A DNA stretch of 64,000 nt from Oceanispirochaeta sp. (GTDB lineage: Bacteria; Spirochaetota; Spirochaetia; DSM-2461), in assembly GCA_963666275.2 (NCBI GenBank), contig CAXXOA010000001.1:64001-128000 (forward strand), in the 5' to 3' direction. Made by a program: the position numbers and the translations under genes. The notes below the pieces were generated by a model. It was not told the origin of the DNA. It searched no databases and saw nothing but the letters and a program-made list of their open reading frames with translations. Positions 26,646 to 36,437 of the stretch are shown here, piece by piece. Within the stretch, counting starts at the first letter, position 1, and each line of letters starts with the position of its first letter.

Positions 26646-29222
26646 ATGAAGAAGATTCTGTTGTTATTTCTTTCTCTTCCTCTGCTGTTTACTGCATGCG
26701 GACCGAAAACCATTACACCTGATATTCCGGTTCAGAAGGAGCAGGCTTCCGCCCCGGCTCCGGTCACTTCCACGCCGGCAGAATCTCCCCGGTCGATCCA
26801 GATGGAAGCCCTCAGTGAGGGACTGGTTGTTTTTACTTCGGGAGATGTTTTTGTCAGGAGAGACGGAGAGGAAAATTATCTTGATATCGGAGACATGCTC
26901 TTCCAGGATGATATTGTCGGAACAGGACCGGACTCCTACTGTGAGATCCAGCTGGGAGAAATAGCGGTTGTCCGTATGGAGGCAGAGTCTCTTATCACCA
27001 TGAGTTCTCTTTTCAGCTCCGAATCCGGCAGCCGTATGGGGGTGGATCTTGAGGAGGGACAGGTCCTCTGCAAGGTGAAAAAGCTCCTGGAGGATGATTC
27101 CTTCAAGGTCAAAGCCGGGACTGTTGTCTGCGGTGTCCGGGGGACTGAATTCGGAGTCTCCTCCAGAGGGGATGAAAAGGTTCTTCTTGCAGTCAAGGAG
27201 GGCGCCGTGGCTGTCACTCCTGTTTCTCTGGAAAAAGTCTCGGAACTGTCCCGGGATGAGGAGTCTCTCAGGGGCGTTGCTTCTCTCATACAGGAAGCCT
27301 CTCTTGTGGTCGGAGCTTCAGAAGAACTGAATATCGAAGATGAAACCTTCAAAGATCTGGAGGAAATTGCTCCTGTCCTCGAGCAGGTTGTTCAGAAAAT
27401 AGAAGAGAAAAATACAGCCAGAGAAAAACAGGAGGCCGCCGGCGAGGCCGGTACGGAAGAGCAGGCCGACCTGGAAGAGGCTGTGGCAGTCCTTGAACAG
27501 GAAGTCAGCCGGCAGGCCCGGGACATCCTCACTGTCATTGAAAGTAAACCGGAAATTGTGGCACCTGCTGTGCTTGAGAAGAAAGAGATTTCGGAAGAGT
27601 CAAAGAAAGTCCTGGAATCCACCGATCAGATGGAACTGATCACCTTCGCCGCTCCCGAAACGGAAGAGAAGGCCCGGAGTGAGTCATCGGCGCCAGCGGC
27701 TCCTGTTCTTCCCACTCTATATAAGGTTGCTGTCCGTGTGGTCCCCGCAGACGCTGAGATCATCAGTGCGGGAAGGGTCATTGCCAGAGGAAGTCTCAGT
27801 AAGCTCTACAGCGAGGGAAAGACCCTCTCTCTTGAGTTCAGGCTGGAGGGGTACAAAGCTGAAACTCTGAATATCACAGTGGATGAAAATATGGAGGCCG
27901 AATACGCTGTCGAGCTTAAACCAGAGGAAGATCAGAACACCTCTCTGCCGATCCAGGCTCCTGAAGAAAATATGACGGCTCCCATCGCGGCTGCAGACCC
28001 TGCTGCTTCAGTACCCGGTTCCGTTGATACAGCGGCTGAACCGGTTCGGGTTGCCCTGACGACAAGTCCTGCAGACGCCGCACTGAAAATTGACGGATCC
28101 TCTGCGGGAAAGGGATCCTGGGACGGTAAGGTTAAACCGGGGGATCAGATCCGGGTTTCCGCCGAAAGGAATGGTTATGCTCCCGCTTCCCTGACATTGA
28201 CAGTGCCTCCGGAAGGACTGGAACGGGTCATTACTCTGGATCCCCGGCCGCTGGAGGTCTCAAATGATCTTTCTTCTGCCGGCCTTGTGGGGGTTCTGGC
28301 AGGAGATCCTTCCCTGATGATCGGTGCAGATACAGCGGGAAAACTGACCGCCTTTGACAGAAACGGAAAGCTCCTGTGGCAGTATGCTTCTGCCAACAGT
28401 CCCAATGCCAACTCCTCTGCGGTTCTTCATAATGGTAAGGTGTATTTTTCAGGCGGTTCAGAGCTTGTTATTCTCAGCAGTAAAGAGGGCAGTCTGGTTT
28501 CCCGTATTCCCCTGGAAGAGGAGCGTTCCCATATCTACGGGCGCCAGGTGATGCCTCTGGACGGGGATATTCTGTATCCAGCCAACGATGAACTTGTACT
28601 GATGGACTCTTCAGGCAATGAACAGGCCTCATACTCTCTTCCGGAAGGATCCAGTATGTCTCCTGCTCTGTGGGAGGGGAAAATCCTTATTGCCGACAAG
28701 AAAGGCGAGCTATTAATAATGGATCCTGCTGACGGCTCCATTATTACGTCCGTTTCGACAGGATCTCTTCAGTCTGTCGCCCAGAGCCCGGCTGTACAGG
28801 GCAATATTGCGGTTTTTACCAGCCGGAAAGGAGTTGTCTCTGCAGTGGATCTGACAAATGAAACTGTCCTCTGGGAACGGGATCTGGACAGTACGGTCTT
28901 TGCCAATATTGTAGCTTCGCCCGAGGGCTGTTACGTGTTTACCACAAAACGGGAAGTATACCCTCTCTCCTGGGAGAGCGGTGAAGACCTCTTCTCTCCT
29001 CTGAAAGATATAAGTTCCGCTCCCGGCTATGCTCAGGGGCAGCTCTACATCACGACGACCTCGGGGATCATGCGGATTCTCAACGCCCGGACAGGAACTG
29101 TGGCCGCCGAGATGGATCTGGGAGATTCTTTTTCGGCCCGGCCTATCATCCGGGAGGGGCTTGTCTTCGGAGTGGGACGCAAGGGGAAATTCTACAGAAT
29201 AAATCCGGCGGGTCTTGAATAG
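26646..29222 (+). CDS. lipoprotein with FecR domain, acidic linker, PEGA-like domains and PQQ-type beta-propeller
   Basis: lipobox LFTAC; TGPDS and VCGVRGTEF (FecR); P-A-D-A...GY repeats (PEGA); GKLLW, VLW, SPA repeats (propeller). Confidence 0.75.
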   Translation: MKKILLLFLSLPLLFTACGPKTITPDIPVQKEQASAPAPVTSTPAESPRSIQMEALSEGLVVFTSGDVFVRRDGEENYLDIGDMLFQDDIVGTGPDSYCEIQLGEIAVVRMEAESLITMSSLFSSESGSRMGVDLEEGQVLCKVKKLLEDDSFKVKAGTVVCGVRGTEFGVSSRGDEKVLLAVKEGAVAVTPVSLEKVSELSRDEESLRGVASLIQEASLVVGASEELNIEDETFKDLEEIAPVLEQVVQKIEEKNTAREKQEAAGEAGTEEQADLEEAVAVLEQEVSRQARDILTVIESKPEIVAPAVLEKKEISEESKKVLESTDQMELITFAAPETEEKARSESSAPAAPVLPTLYKVAVRVVPADAEIISAGRVIARGSLSKLYSEGKTLSLEFRLEGYKAETLNITVDENMEAEYAVELKPEEDQNTSLPIQAPEENMTAPIAAADPAASVPGSVDTAAEPVRVALTTSPADAALKIDGSSAGKGSWDGKVKPGDQIRVSAERNGYAPASLTLTVPPEGLERVITLDPRPLEVSNDLSSAGLVGVLAGDPSLMIGADTAGKLTAFDRNGKLLWQYASANSPNANSSAVLHNGKVYFSGGSELVILSSKEGSLVSRIPLEEERSHIYGRQVMPLDGDILYPANDELVLMDSSGNEQASYSLPEGSSMSPALWEGKILIADKKGELLIMDPADGSIITSVSTGSLQSVAQSPAVQGNIAVFTSRKGVVSAVDLTNETVLWERDLDSTVFANIVASPEGCYVFTTKREVYPLSWESGEDLFSPLKDISSAPGYAQGQLYITTTSGIMRILNARTGTVAAEMDLGDSFSARPIIREGLVFGVGRKGKFYRINPAGLE

Positions 29223-29244
29223 GAATTGTATCAGGAATCTATGG

Positions 29245-29275
29245 AGGGGAATCGGGTAGGATTCCCCTTTTTTTT
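29245..29275 (+). terminator. rho-independent terminator
   Basis: AGGGGAATC/GATTCCCCT stem plus T run. Confidence 0.8.
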
Positions 29276-29403
29276 ACGGCGGCATCTGTTACTGTAACAA
29301 TCTCATCTGTAACGGTAACAGACGGGGAAGCCCGGGATTCCGTGCTATCTTATGTATATGACACATTTAAAAATACAGAAACAAATACATAAGAAGGTAC
29401 TCT

Positions 29404-30057
29404 ATGAAAAAAATCCTATTGCTGCTGGTCCTTGCCGGAGCCGGCTCTCCGGCCCTCTGGTCCACCCAGAATTCCGCAAAAGTTGCTATTATTTCGCAGA
29501 TGGCAGGCTCTGAAGATCCGGAACAGAAGCTTTCCGCCCTCTCTCTGGTTCGGGAGCAGTTCTCCACGGGCAGACTCAGCCGTCCGGAAGAAGAGGACCT
29601 CATCGGCATTGTGGGTTCCCTGGCGAGAGAAGGGATTGTGTTTCTCAGTTATGACAGCAGAAAGGTGGGAAACAATCACACCCAGGTAAGGCTGGAAGCC
29701 AACAGAATCCTCAGGACCATAGGGAATCCGGGTTCATACGAAACAGTCCTGGATATCCTGGAGAATGAACCTCTTTCCTACATCCTTTCCGTTGCTGTTG
29801 AAACCTCCGGTGAAATCGGTGAAGTGACTGAGGAGCTGGAGCAGCTCTATTATAATATCCTCACAGGAAGAGAGCTCCGTTTTAAGGATGAGCTTCTGGT
29901 TTCAAAAACAATGGGTGCCATTGAGGCTCTAAAAGAGAAGGATGAAGCCATTCTTCTGTCAGACAGAATCCGGGGCGGGCTTATCTATGTTTTCAATCCC
30001 ATGAACGGATGCAGCAGAAGGCTCCGGGACCAGGCGGGAGATATCCTTAAAAACTGA
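29404..30057 (+). CDS. exported hypothetical protein, HEAT-repeat-like
   Basis: signal peptide; helical pattern VRLEANRILRTIG and AVETSGEIG. Confidence 0.55.
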   Translation: MKKILLLLVLAGAGSPALWSTQNSAKVAIISQMAGSEDPEQKLSALSLVREQFSTGRLSRPEEEDLIGIVGSLAREGIVFLSYDSRKVGNNHTQVRLEANRILRTIGNPGSYETVLDILENEPLSYILSVAVETSGEIGEVTEELEQLYYNILTGRELRFKDELLVSKTMGAIEALKEKDEAILLSDRIRGGLIYVFNPMNGCSRRLRDQAGDILKN

Positions 30058-30085
30058 CAGGCCCTTTGCCCGGGGAAGTCTTTTT

Positions 30086-30997
30086 TTAAACCGATTGATT
30101 TCCCGACTGGGCATAGCGGTTCTTCAGGACATAGTCCGCCGGTTTGTTGTACACCACGCTGTCCGCCGGTATGGAAGATGTAATCCAGACATTTCCCCCG
30201 ATGACCGAATTGGCTCCCACTGTCGTATTTCCTCCCAGGATGGTGGCTCCCGCATAGATGGTGACATTGTCTTCCAGGGTGGGATGGCGTTTGACATTGG
30301 CATCCTCTTTTTTAACGCTCAGAGCACCCAGGGTGACTCCCTGATAGATTTTGACATTTTCGCCGATGATGGAGGTCTCTCCGATAACGACTCCTGTCCC
30401 GTGGTCGATAAAAAATGATTCACCGATAGAGGCCCCGGGATGGATATCAATTCCAGTTTTCCGGTGAATGTGTTCATTCATCATACGGGGAATCAGGGGA
30501 ACATCCATATTGAACAGTTCATGGGCCAGGCGATGCACTGTGATGGCTTCCAGCCCGGGATAGGCCAGGATCACTTCCTCTCTGGACCGGGCGGCGGGGT
30601 CGCCTTTCAGGGCGGCATTCACATCCTTCAGCGTTTTTTCTCTGATGGCCGGGAGCTTATCCATAAAATCGAAAGTCAGTCCTCTGGCTTCCTTTCCGCA
30701 GTCAATTTCGTCTCTGTCTGTGAGTTCCCGGCAGCGGAACTCTATGCTTTTGCGAATTTCCACCATAAGACGGCTACCCAGACTCAGGAGTTTTTCGCCC
30801 AGATTGAAGGGAAGATTCTCTTCGTCGACCTGCTCGTTTTCCTGATACCCGGGAAATATGATGGATTCCAGAGTCGTTATTATATCAATGATACTCTGCC
30901 TGGAGGGAAGAACCGGACCGTTCAGATGGTTGATCCCCTCTTTGATCCGATAGGTCTTCATAATCTCTTCAGTTATGGTATCGATTTTCTTTATCAT
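30086..30997 (-). CDS. cysE: serine O-acetyltransferase
   Basis: GDPAA, YPG, TGIDIHPGA, FFIDHGTGVVIGET, KRHPT hexapeptide repeats. Confidence 0.93.
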   Translation of the reverse strand: MIKKIDTITEEIMKTYRIKEGINHLNGPVLPSRQSIIDIITTLESIIFPGYQENEQVDEENLPFNLGEKLLSLGSRLMVEIRKSIEFRCRELTDRDEIDCGKEARGLTFDFMDKLPAIREKTLKDVNAALKGDPAARSREEVILAYPGLEAITVHRLAHELFNMDVPLIPRMMNEHIHRKTGIDIHPGASIGESFFIDHGTGVVIGETSIIGENVKIYQGVTLGALSVKKEDANVKRHPTLEDNVTIYAGATILGGNTTVGANSVIGGNVWITSSIPADSVVYNKPADYVLKNRYAQSGNQSV

Positions 30998-31860
30998 ACG
31001 CTTATGGTCCTCCGTCCTGTAAATGGGGCATGTACGGCTCTTTTTATGGCCCTCAGCTCTTTGAGCGCTGCCTCTTCTCCCGATTGAATAATTTTTTCCG
31101 CATCTTCAAAATTGAAACTGGTTGAACCGGGCTTTCCAAGATGAAGAGTTAAACTGGCTTTATCAAACTTTGTGCGTCTCCGGGTCTGGCAGGAGGTGAC
31201 AAAACTCCTGAACATCACCGCCAGAGCGTTATCTATTTCGGATGAGGGAATCCGGCTGTAGTGTCCCACATCCACACCGATGACTCTTGAACAGCCGAAA
31301 CGGCGGGCAATCCAGACGGGATAGTTGTTCAATACAGAGCCGTCGCACAGGAGCTCTTCTGCCCGTTCGAGAGGTTCGAAGAATCCGGGATACGCCATGG
31401 AACTGTAAACCCCGTCACTGAGAAGCCCATCGTGGAGTATCATTTCATGCCCTGTCAGAAGATCTACCGCATTGCAGTAGAAGGGGATCTCCGTCTCCTG
31501 AAAGGTCTTGCCTTCAAAAAGTGTATCCAGGTAATTCCTTACTTTCAAACTGCTTATGAGTCCTCTTTTGGTCAGCATATTCCCGAAAGCCTCCTCGGCC
31601 TGCAGGAATTTGATAAGCATGTTTTCAAAGGGAATCTTGTAGGTTATCCCCTCCATAAAATCGGAGATCTTAAAATCCAGGGCTATGCGGATCATCTCCT
31701 CACTGCTGTGACCGGTTGCCCATAGGGCTCCTACTATGGCTCCCATGGAGGTTCCGCTTATGGCACAGGGCCGGAGGTTCTCTTTTTCCAGTACTTTCAA
31801 TACGCCAAGGTGAGCCAGCCCCAGGGCTCCTCCACCGGACAACACCAGTGCCCATTTCAT
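30994..31860 (-). CDS. patatin-like phospholipase
   Basis: LSGGGALG, GTSMG nucleophile elbow, DG motif (CDGS). Confidence 0.92.
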   Translation of the reverse strand: MKWALVLSGGGALGLAHLGVLKVLEKENLRPCAISGTSMGAIVGALWATGHSSEEMIRIALDFKISDFMEGITYKIPFENMLIKFLQAEEAFGNMLTKRGLISSLKVRNYLDTLFEGKTFQETEIPFYCNAVDLLTGHEMILHDGLLSDGVYSSMAYPGFFEPLERAEELLCDGSVLNNYPVWIARRFGCSRVIGVDVGHYSRIPSSEIDNALAVMFRSFVTSCQTRRRTKFDKASLTLHLGKPGSTSFNFEDAEKIIQSGEEAALKELRAIKRAVHAPFTGRRTISV

Positions 31861-31915
31861 GGGTTAACCATAGAATTCGGTTTATCAAAAGTCAAGGTTC
31901 CGCTAAGATGGGACC
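31861..31915. promoter_or_regulatory. overlapping divergent promoters, both apparently leaderless
   Basis: + TTTATC-17-TAAGAT-6-ATG(31916); - TTGACT-17-TATGGT-6-ATG(31860). Confidence 0.6.
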
Positions 31916-32995
31916 ATGGTGAATAAGGACTGGAAAACTCTACTGAAAAAGAGCTGTCGTCAGGAAGTGTCCCTCAGGGAAACAATAACCCTCTCAAAAG
32001 AGGAGGAAACCTGGTTCGACGCCGGCTCTCCGGGGCTGTCTCTGCTTGTAAATCCCTATTTTCTGGAACAGGCAAAGCACTCCCGGCCTCTCAGGTCCCA
32101 GTGTATTCCTACAGGGAATGAGCTGAAAAAGGCGGAAGGGGAGAGCCCCGATCCTCTGACCGAAGCGCCCTATTCCCCTGTTCCCCGGATGATTCACCGC
32201 TATCCCAACCGGGTGGCCGTTCTGACTACCGACCAGTGCGCCATGCACTGCCGGCACTGTTTCCGGCGGAGTTTTACAGGCAAAGGGAATCCTCCGCTGA
32301 AAGAGGCGGAGCTGAAACCCATGGGGGATTACATTACCGCCCATCCTGAAATCCGGGAGATTCTCCTGACAGGAGGGGATCCTCTGACAATGGAGACCGG
32401 GCTTCTTCTGAGGATGATCAGGCAGTTCCGGGAACTGTCCGACTCCCTGGTGATCCGCCTGGCCACAAGGACTCCCTCTGTTCTGCCCGGAAGGATCGAT
32501 TCCGAGCTCGCCCGGGGACTGGCCGGATGCGGGCCTCTGTGGGTCATCACCCAGTTCAATCATCCCGACGAACTGACACAGGAAAGCCGGCAGGCTCTGA
32601 AACATCTCCGGGAAGCGGGACTCCCTCTGCTGAGTCAGACTGTCCTTTTGAAAGGCATCAATGATGATGCGGAGGTCCTGGGTGAACTTTTTCAGATGCT
32701 GCTTGTGGAAGGGGTGAAGCCCTACTACCTTTTTCAGGGAGATCTGGCGGAAGGCACCTCCCATTTCAGAACGTCCCTGGAAAAGGGATGGGAGATTATG
32801 GCCCGGTTGAGACAGACCATTTCCGGGCTGGCCATGCCGGTTTACGCCGTGGATCTGCCCGGGGGGGGAGGGAAGATCCCCCTGAGTGAATCTCTTCTGG
32901 TGGAAAAAAATGCTTCCGGTTATGTCTTCAGGAATCCCGCGGGAGATCTGTATACCTATCCCGATGAAAGGAGTGATGTGAATGAACGGAACTGA
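31916..32995 (+). CDS. KamA family radical SAM protein (lysine 2,3-aminomutase/EpmB-like)
   Basis: HRYPNR, CAMHCRHCFRR, LTGGDPL, FNHPDE, QTVLLKGIND, PGGGGKIP. Confidence 0.92.
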   Translation: MVNKDWKTLLKKSCRQEVSLRETITLSKEEETWFDAGSPGLSLLVNPYFLEQAKHSRPLRSQCIPTGNELKKAEGESPDPLTEAPYSPVPRMIHRYPNRVAVLTTDQCAMHCRHCFRRSFTGKGNPPLKEAELKPMGDYITAHPEIREILLTGGDPLTMETGLLLRMIRQFRELSDSLVIRLATRTPSVLPGRIDSELARGLAGCGPLWVITQFNHPDELTQESRQALKHLREAGLPLLSQTVLLKGINDDAEVLGELFQMLLVEGVKPYYLFQGDLAEGTSHFRTSLEKGWEIMARLRQTISGLAMPVYAVDLPGGGGKIPLSESLLVEKNASGYVFRNPAGDLYTYPDERSDVNERN

Positions 32996-33554
32996 TGAGA
33001 ATAAAGCCCTTGTCTGGAAAGAAACAGGAAAAAAAAGGGTTGTCTATAAAGGACCTATCTTTGAAATAGATCAGGTGGAGAGAGTCTCCCCCGAAGGGAA
33101 TTCCTATCCTTTTGTGATCTGCCGGACTCCCGACTGGGTGACAGTCATACCCGAACTCCCCGGGGCAGAGGATTTCCTCATGGTCCGGCAGTTCCGACAT
33201 GGATCGGGGGAGCTCACAATGGAGTTTCCTGCCGGTGTGGTTGATCCGGGGGAGGAGCCTTTAACCGCTGCCATAAGGGAACTCCGGGAAGAAACGGGAT
33301 ATGAGGCAGAGCAAATGATCCTGATCGGCAAAATCAATCCCAACCCGGCCTTTATGAGCAATACCTCCTGGACTTACCTGGCCCGGGGACTGAAGAAAAC
33401 CTCCGTCCTGGATCTGGACGACTCCGAATTTATCCAGGGAAAAACCGTTGACAAGACCACTGTGGACCGGGAGATGGGACGGGGTGAGTATGACAGTGCC
33501 ATTATGGTCCAGGCCTGGTTCTGGTACGGGAAGTTTACTGAACAGGAGAGCTGA
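32982..33554 (+). CDS. NUDIX hydrolase (ADP-ribose pyrophosphatase-like)
   Basis: Nudix box GVVDPGEEPLTAAIRELREETGY; VRQFR, EFPAG. Confidence 0.92.
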   Translation: MNGTDENKALVWKETGKKRVVYKGPIFEIDQVERVSPEGNSYPFVICRTPDWVTVIPELPGAEDFLMVRQFRHGSGELTMEFPAGVVDPGEEPLTAAIRELREETGYEAEQMILIGKINPNPAFMSNTSWTYLARGLKKTSVLDLDDSEFIQGKTVDKTTVDREMGRGEYDSAIMVQAWFWYGKFTEQES

Positions 33555-33560
33555 AGAGAA

Positions 33561-34424
33561 TCAGTACCTTTTCTGTTTGAGGATTGCTTTGCCCTTCTGA
33601 ATCTGGCCGGAACGCATCTTGTAGTCGCCGGCCACAATGGCAATCTGGATAAAACTCAGAACGCACAGTTCACTGATCCGCGCCGCCGGGAGGTCGCTCA
33701 TTTTTTTCGAGTCCCAGGCTCCGGTATAGAGAATAATGTCGGAATGTTTTGTAATGGGCGACTGGGAATAACCGGTCAGGCAGATGGTTGTTGCTCCTGA
33801 TTCCTTTGCTTTCTGCAGAGAATCAACCGTGTTGATACTGCTCCCGCTGTAACTGATGGCCAGGGCCACATCACCGGGTTTCAGCTGGCAGGCGGCGGTC
33901 ATTTCCATGATCGGGTCCTTGTAGTACTTGCAGTTGATGCCGATCTGCATCAGCTGGTTTATGAAATTCTGAGCTGTAATTCCCGATCCGCCTTCGGCGT
34001 ATATGTCGATCCTGTTGGCCTGAATAATGGCGTCAATCGTTTTCTGGAGAGCTTCGTCATCCAGGATGTTCTGTGTTTCTTCGATGATATGGCGGTTAAA
34101 CCGGAAAATCTTCTCTTTCAGTTCCGGGATACTGTCGTCTTTATGGATTTCAATGATTTCAGATGACGGAGAGAGCAGCTCCTTTTCTATATAGAATTTC
34201 AGATCCAGGTAGCCTTTAAATCCCAGTGTCCGGCAGAAGCGCACAACCGCGGCGGCGCTGGTTCCTGTGGCTCTTCCCACATCCTGGGTGGTTTTATTCA
34301 GGATCTCACCTTTCAGTTCCATTACATAGCGGGCTATCTTTTTTTCTGTGCTGTTCAGTGAGTCGAACTGGCTGTATATATGGGTAAAGTCACTGTAGGT
34401 TTCCAGAGCTTCTTTCTTTTCCAT
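33561..34424 (-). CDS. MurR/RpiR family transcriptional regulator (RpiR-1)
   Basis: HTH TSAAAVVRFCRTLGFKGY plus SIS domain (AISYSGSS); start set at MEKKE by alignment with RpiR-2. Confidence 0.92.
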   Translation of the reverse strand: MEKKEALETYSDFTHIYSQFDSLNSTEKKIARYVMELKGEILNKTTQDVGRATGTSAAAVVRFCRTLGFKGYLDLKFYIEKELLSPSSEIIEIHKDDSIPELKEKIFRFNRHIIEETQNILDDEALQKTIDAIIQANRIDIYAEGGSGITAQNFINQLMQIGINCKYYKDPIMEMTAACQLKPGDVALAISYSGSSINTVDSLQKAKESGATTICLTGYSQSPITKHSDIILYTGAWDSKKMSDLPAARISELCVLSFIQIAIVAGDYKMRSGQIQKGKAILKQKRY

Positions 34425-34564
34425 GAAATGCATTTTACCATATTTTAAAATTAATGAAACAAATTTCAAAAAAAAGTTGACAGCTCAGAAAAGTGGGTTT
34501 AATGTGGTCCTACGGTTGTGAAATGCGTTTCAATAAACGCTCAATTCAGCTGATATATATTTCA
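34424..34564. promoter_or_regulatory. divergent control region with TGAAA-N4-TTTCA boxes and sigma70 promoter
   Basis: boxes at 34424-34437, 34455-34468, 34519-34532, 34551-34564; TTGACA 34477-34482, 17 nt, TAATGT. Confidence 0.7.
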
Positions 34565-34576
34565 TTGGAGAAAAGT

Positions 34577-35332
34577 ATGACATTAACTGATAGAGTTGCC
34601 ATTGTAACAGGCGCCGGTTCTCCCAAGGGGATCGGAAGAGCTATCGCTCTGACCCTGGCAAAATACGGAGCCAACATTGTAGTCGCCGACCTGGATCTGG
34701 AAGGGGCGGAAAAAGTGGCCGCAGAGATCAAAGCTCTCGGACAGAAAGCTCTGGCTGTAAAGGTCAATGTAATTGATAAAAAAGCCATCGATGAAATGAT
34801 GGATAAAACAGTCGCCGAATTTGGAAGACTGGATATTCTTGTGAATAATGCCGGTATTACCCAGCCTGTCAGTGTAGCCAACACCACGGAAGCTGACTGG
34901 GACAGAATCATTGCGGTTAACCTGAAGAGTACTTTCCTCTGTTCTCAGGCAGCTGTAGAGATAATGAAAAAGAACAAGTACGGACGGATCGTCAATATGA
35001 GTTCCGTTTCGGGAAAGCAGGGCGGCGGCGTTTTCGGCGGTGCACACTATTCTGCAGCCAAAGCGGGGATCCTGGGATTTTCCAAAGCCCTTGCCAAAGA
35101 AGTGGTTCTGGACGGTATTACAGTGAACTCAGTCGCTCCCGGTGCCGTGGCTACAGAGATCCGCAAGGGAATCTCTGATGAAAAAGAAAAGGCTATCGCC
35201 GATGGGATTCCCATGAAGAGAGTGGGAAAGCCTGAAGAGATTGCTTTTACAGTCGCATTCCTGGCAGCTGATGAAGCCGCCTACATCACCGGTGAAGATA
35301 TTGATATCAACGGTGGATCTTTTATCGATTAA
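34577..35332 (+). CDS. SDR family NAD(P)-dependent oxidoreductase
   Basis: TGAGSPKGIG, NNAG, YSAAK; GGAG RBS before ATG 34577. Confidence 0.93.
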   Translation: MTLTDRVAIVTGAGSPKGIGRAIALTLAKYGANIVVADLDLEGAEKVAAEIKALGQKALAVKVNVIDKKAIDEMMDKTVAEFGRLDILVNNAGITQPVSVANTTEADWDRIIAVNLKSTFLCSQAAVEIMKKNKYGRIVNMSSVSGKQGGGVFGGAHYSAAKAGILGFSKALAKEVVLDGITVNSVAPGAVATEIRKGISDEKEKAIADGIPMKRVGKPEEIAFTVAFLAADEAAYITGEDIDINGGSFID

Positions 35333-35380
35333 GTAATAATTTTTGACCAAATTAAAATATAAACAGAAGGACTTTAATAC

Positions 35381-36373
35381 ATGAAAAAAATTACAGCACT
35401 ACTTTTGACAGCTTTTTTAATGACAGGAATCATCTTTGCCGAAGGTCAGCAGGATAGCGGATCCAAGGTGATAAAACTGAAATTAGGCTATGGAGGTCCC
35501 ACATCCAATCCCCGGCATATCGTAGCTGAGCAGTTCGCTCAGTGGGTTTCCGAAGAGTCTGAAGGCCGTGTGCAGATCGATCTCTATCCTTCTGAAATGA
35601 TCGGAACAGATAGACAGATGGCAGAGATGGTTTCCATGGGAACTCTGGATATGTCGATCAATGCTCCCGGTGTGGTTGCCAGCTATGAACCTAAGCTGGC
35701 TGTTATTGAGCTTCCTTTCCTTTTCAGCTCTCCCGATAAAATCGGTCCGGTTCTGGACGGTCAGATCGGTGAACTGATCGCTCAGGATCTTCCTTCCAAA
35801 GGGATGAGAATCCTGGCGTACTGGGAAAACGGTCTGAGACAGATCACCAACAGTGTTCGTCCTGTAGAGGCTCCTGCGGACCTTGAAGGTCTGAAACTGA
35901 GAACTCCCGAGAACAAAATGACTCTCTCCATTTTCAAGTCTCTGGGAGCCAGTCCTGCCCCCCTGGCATTTTCCGAGCTTTATATGGCCCTTTCCCAGGG
36001 TGTCTTTGATGGTCAGGAAAATCCCATTACCAACATCCACTCTGCCAAGTTTGATGAAGTTCAGGGATACATTTCCATTACGAATCACAAGTACGAAGCT
36101 CTTCCCTTTATCATAAGCGAAAGTGTGTATCAGAAACTGCCTGCGGATATTCAGGCCATCCTGAAAGAGGGTGCAGTGAAGTTTGCCCAGGCTCATAGAG
36201 CCATGGTTCAGGAAAATGAAGCCAAACTGCTGTCTGACCTGGAATCCAAGGGTATGAAAGTTTCCCGTCCTGACATCGTTCCTTTTCAGGAAGCCACAGC
36301 GGGAGTCTATAAAGAATGGGAAAGTGTTCTGGGAGCGGATCTTATTGAGATGATTCGCGCTGAGGCACAATAA
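35381..36373 (+). CDS. dctP: TRAP transporter substrate-binding protein
   Basis: signal peptide; ENGLRQ, GLKLRT, ELYMALSQGVFDGQENP. Confidence 0.93.
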   Translation: MKKITALLLTAFLMTGIIFAEGQQDSGSKVIKLKLGYGGPTSNPRHIVAEQFAQWVSEESEGRVQIDLYPSEMIGTDRQMAEMVSMGTLDMSINAPGVVASYEPKLAVIELPFLFSSPDKIGPVLDGQIGELIAQDLPSKGMRILAYWENGLRQITNSVRPVEAPADLEGLKLRTPENKMTLSIFKSLGASPAPLAFSELYMALSQGVFDGQENPITNIHSAKFDEVQGYISITNHKYEALPFIISESVYQKLPADIQAILKEGAVKFAQAHRAMVQENEAKLLSDLESKGMKVSRPDIVPFQEATAGVYKEWESVLGADLIEMIRAEAQ

Positions 36374-36381
36374 TATAAGTT

Positions 36382-36420
36382 TTGAGCGCTTATCAGGTTT
36401 ATTTCCCTGTAAGCGCTCAA
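36382..36420 (+). other. stem-loop after dctP copy 1
   Basis: TTGAGCGCTTA...TAAGCGCTCAA. Confidence 0.65.
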
Positions 36421-36437
36421 CAACTAAGGAAGTAGAT

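Noticed and set aside
32861..32868. G8 tract as a phase-variation site
   Set aside because: encodes the conserved PGGGGK motif of KamA-family proteins and the frame is intact
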